Below, piece after piece: positions 61,700 to 64,000 of a stretch of DNA of 64,000 bases. The notes beneath the pieces are model-generated. The model worked only from the letters and a program-made list of their open reading frames with translations, did no database searches and had not been told where the DNA came from. This DNA is from Malacoraja senta (lineage: Eukaryota). The stretch lies in contig CM075978.1 in the NCBI GenBank assembly GCA_038087875.1, positions 169,012,001-169,076,000 of the forward strand, read 5' to 3'. The translations under genes were made by a program, and so were the position numbers. Numbering within the stretch: the stretch's first letter is position 1; each line of letters begins with the position of its first letter.

Positions 61700-64000
61700 T
61701 ACAATAAAATAAACCGCTCTTTTTTTACCTCACGCACCAGGGACAGTAGTGTTACCTTGAACTCTCAGTGATCTGATGGCGACATTAGTTTGAAATTTGT
61801 TTTGCCAATTACTGGTCTCGCCTCTTGTTTACGGGTCAAACTGAAGGCACCTGAAGAGGTTTCTTTGAGAACGGTAAAAGCGGGCCTTCACTTCGAGATA
61901 ACCTCCAAAGTGAGACATTGGACACATTTAAATGAATTTCAACGCATCTGTTCGTATTTTTATTCCATGTGAAACTTTTAAATAACGCACCGGGGAAAGT
62001 TAGTCGCTGTGCCTTAATTAAGTAAATTGGTCAAGTTTAGAAAATGTGTGTATTCCGATAAATGATCATTAATTATTGGAGGAATGTTTTGACCTATAGC
62101 TTTATTAAAGGGAAAACATGCCAACAAAGGGGAAAGAATGGTTAATGTCATACATGTATGAGATACCTTTCATATTGATTAATTTTTAATGTATTTGAAT
62201 AACGTCATCTAATTATGGATTCATATAACGCGAAAATAGACCCTTCGGCCCACAGTGTCCGTACTGGCCTTCAGGTACCTAACTATATTAATCCCAGTTT
62301 GCAGATCATCAGAATAAATTGAATTTAAATTGCAGATGGTGAATTTAATTACCCTATGGAAATTAGATTAAAAAGAATTTAAATAATTGTAACATGTTTA
62401 AATTATTAATAATGATGTAAGTTTTGCGTAAAATAAGCGCGTGTTGAAGCCCCATCCATCTAATAATGGGTCCGTTTTCTCTCCACATCGTTATCAAACG
62501 GACACAAATAGTATTGAAGCGCAGTCCCTGCATTAATTAGATTACGGGCATAAAACTAAAAGAAATATATTCCGAAGTGCAGTAGGCTGCGTTTTCAAAG
62601 AAAACCCCAAATTTTCCAGAGCTCTGGGAACTCCGCGTTCTTTGAAAGGAGGCTTTGTTCCAACGCGAGACCCCGCCATCAGTGCAGAAGCCTGTTCTTT
62701 GCTCCCGCTCTCTCTACAGCCCCAGTGTTGACTCTCCTACCGACTCGCAATCGTTGTAACAAATTTTAAAGGGGGGTCGCTTTCGGGTGAAAGAAATCAG
62801 TGTATATGGTTGCATTATCCCAATACCTGAAAAGGGGGGGGGGGACCCCAGTGATATATATTTGTAAAACGGGATAAATCAATTAGGGGGGAATTCAGAC
62901 TCTGATAATACATATGAGTCGGCCGTATTAATCCTGGTGCTTGAAATGCCATTTCATTGCAGCTTCACTATGTTAAAATACAAGATGTTTGGATTATTGA
63001 AGGACTTTACTAATCATTCAATATTAGTGAATGGTTACTAAAATTCGATAGTATATTGAATTAATATAATTGATCCATGAATTCATTAATAAATATATGT
63101 ATTGTTTAATGTAAATAATATACTATTTATATCTCATCAATGTATTGAACTTTCTATGACTGGGTACAGTGGTGCAATCTATACCTTGCTGCAAGTATTG
63201 TTTACGCACTGCCGAAATTATGTTCAGGAAAATATGCGACTCGTTCGTCTGTGTCAAACTTGCGTGAATTTAACAATTCAACGAATCCATGATTTTGTCT
63301 AAATTGTTTCACGTCGCCTCTAACTGTGCGAGGCAGCTGGATGTCGCCTTTGTAGGAGCCGTTCCGCGTAAAAAGTTAGGACACTTCTTTCCATCTCACT
63401 GGAGCGGACGAGCAAGGTGTGCCCGTCCTTTCCACCCCTCCCGCTACCACCCCACTCTGTTATCAATTACCTGAATTAAGTATGTAATCACCTTCCTTTC
63501 CGTCGTGTAAAAAAATTTAAATGAACAGCAACGCAACACAATTAAAACCATTAACTCATTTAATAAAAATAGAAGTGATACAACTTAATCAAAATCGTTT
63601 AATACATATTCCTGTTACAAAACCAATAAAATAACCAAACTTTATACTTGGTGGTAATCGGGTTTTTGTACGAATTGGCGTGGCAGGGAGAGAGAAACAG
63701 CGTACAGAAGAGCAAGGCTGGTCAGATATACATTAACTCGGGCAGCTGGGGTCTGTCTCATAAAATGGTTGTTGACATCATGATATGCCGTCTTAAGCAA
63801 GCGTGACGTTTACTAATGGACTAATGAAATCTCTATCACCTAAATATTCATCAATGGAAATACGTGTCTTCTGTGATACAGAAGCTAAAACGATATCCCA
63901 TCTAGTTTTCTGTACGTGTTGGCATTAGGGTGCTTGTGACACTTAAAGGCAAGTTGTAAATGCAAGGACTCTCTCCAATCATAAAAAGTCGCCTAATATA
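61700..64000. promoter_or_regulatory. Repeat-poor, CpG-retaining segment; putative edge of an unmethylated regulatory domain
   Basis: About 19 CpG counted in 62401-62760 versus 1 in 58921-59400; almost no TEs; many TAAT/ATTA motifs. Confidence 0.45.

Overview
Eukaryotic, AT-rich, CpG-depleted non-coding DNA (intergenic or deep intronic), most likely from a cartilaginous fish such as a skate or ray, judged from the HE1/V-type tRNA SINE and its CR1 partner tail. I could not support any host protein-coding exon. Every recognisable ORF is transposon-derived: CR1 RT, Rex1/Babar endonuclease and RT, RTE RT, and a Penelope GIY-YIG tail. The window holds more than 20 V-SINE copies, many CR1 3' fragments, Rex1/Babar, RTE and L2 relics, one Deu-type SINE, three Harbinger-like MITEs, a hAT-like element, a long-TIR MITE, tandem Helitron-like units and three assembly gaps. 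Main points of interest: (1) about 20 dispersed Penelope-like terminal-repeat fragments whose consensus is a minimal type-I hammerhead ribozyme (CTGAAGA-A-GGGTCTCGACCC-GAAA-CG-TC), often arranged as foldbacks; (2) two GC-rich, non-coding, non-tRNA retroposons with Rex1-type tails that share a covarying hairpin and a repeated AACATCG motif; (3) a repeat-poor, CpG-retaining right end suggesting the edge of an unmethylated regulatory domain. Repeat boundaries were read by eye and are approximate unless a TSD or TIR is quoted.
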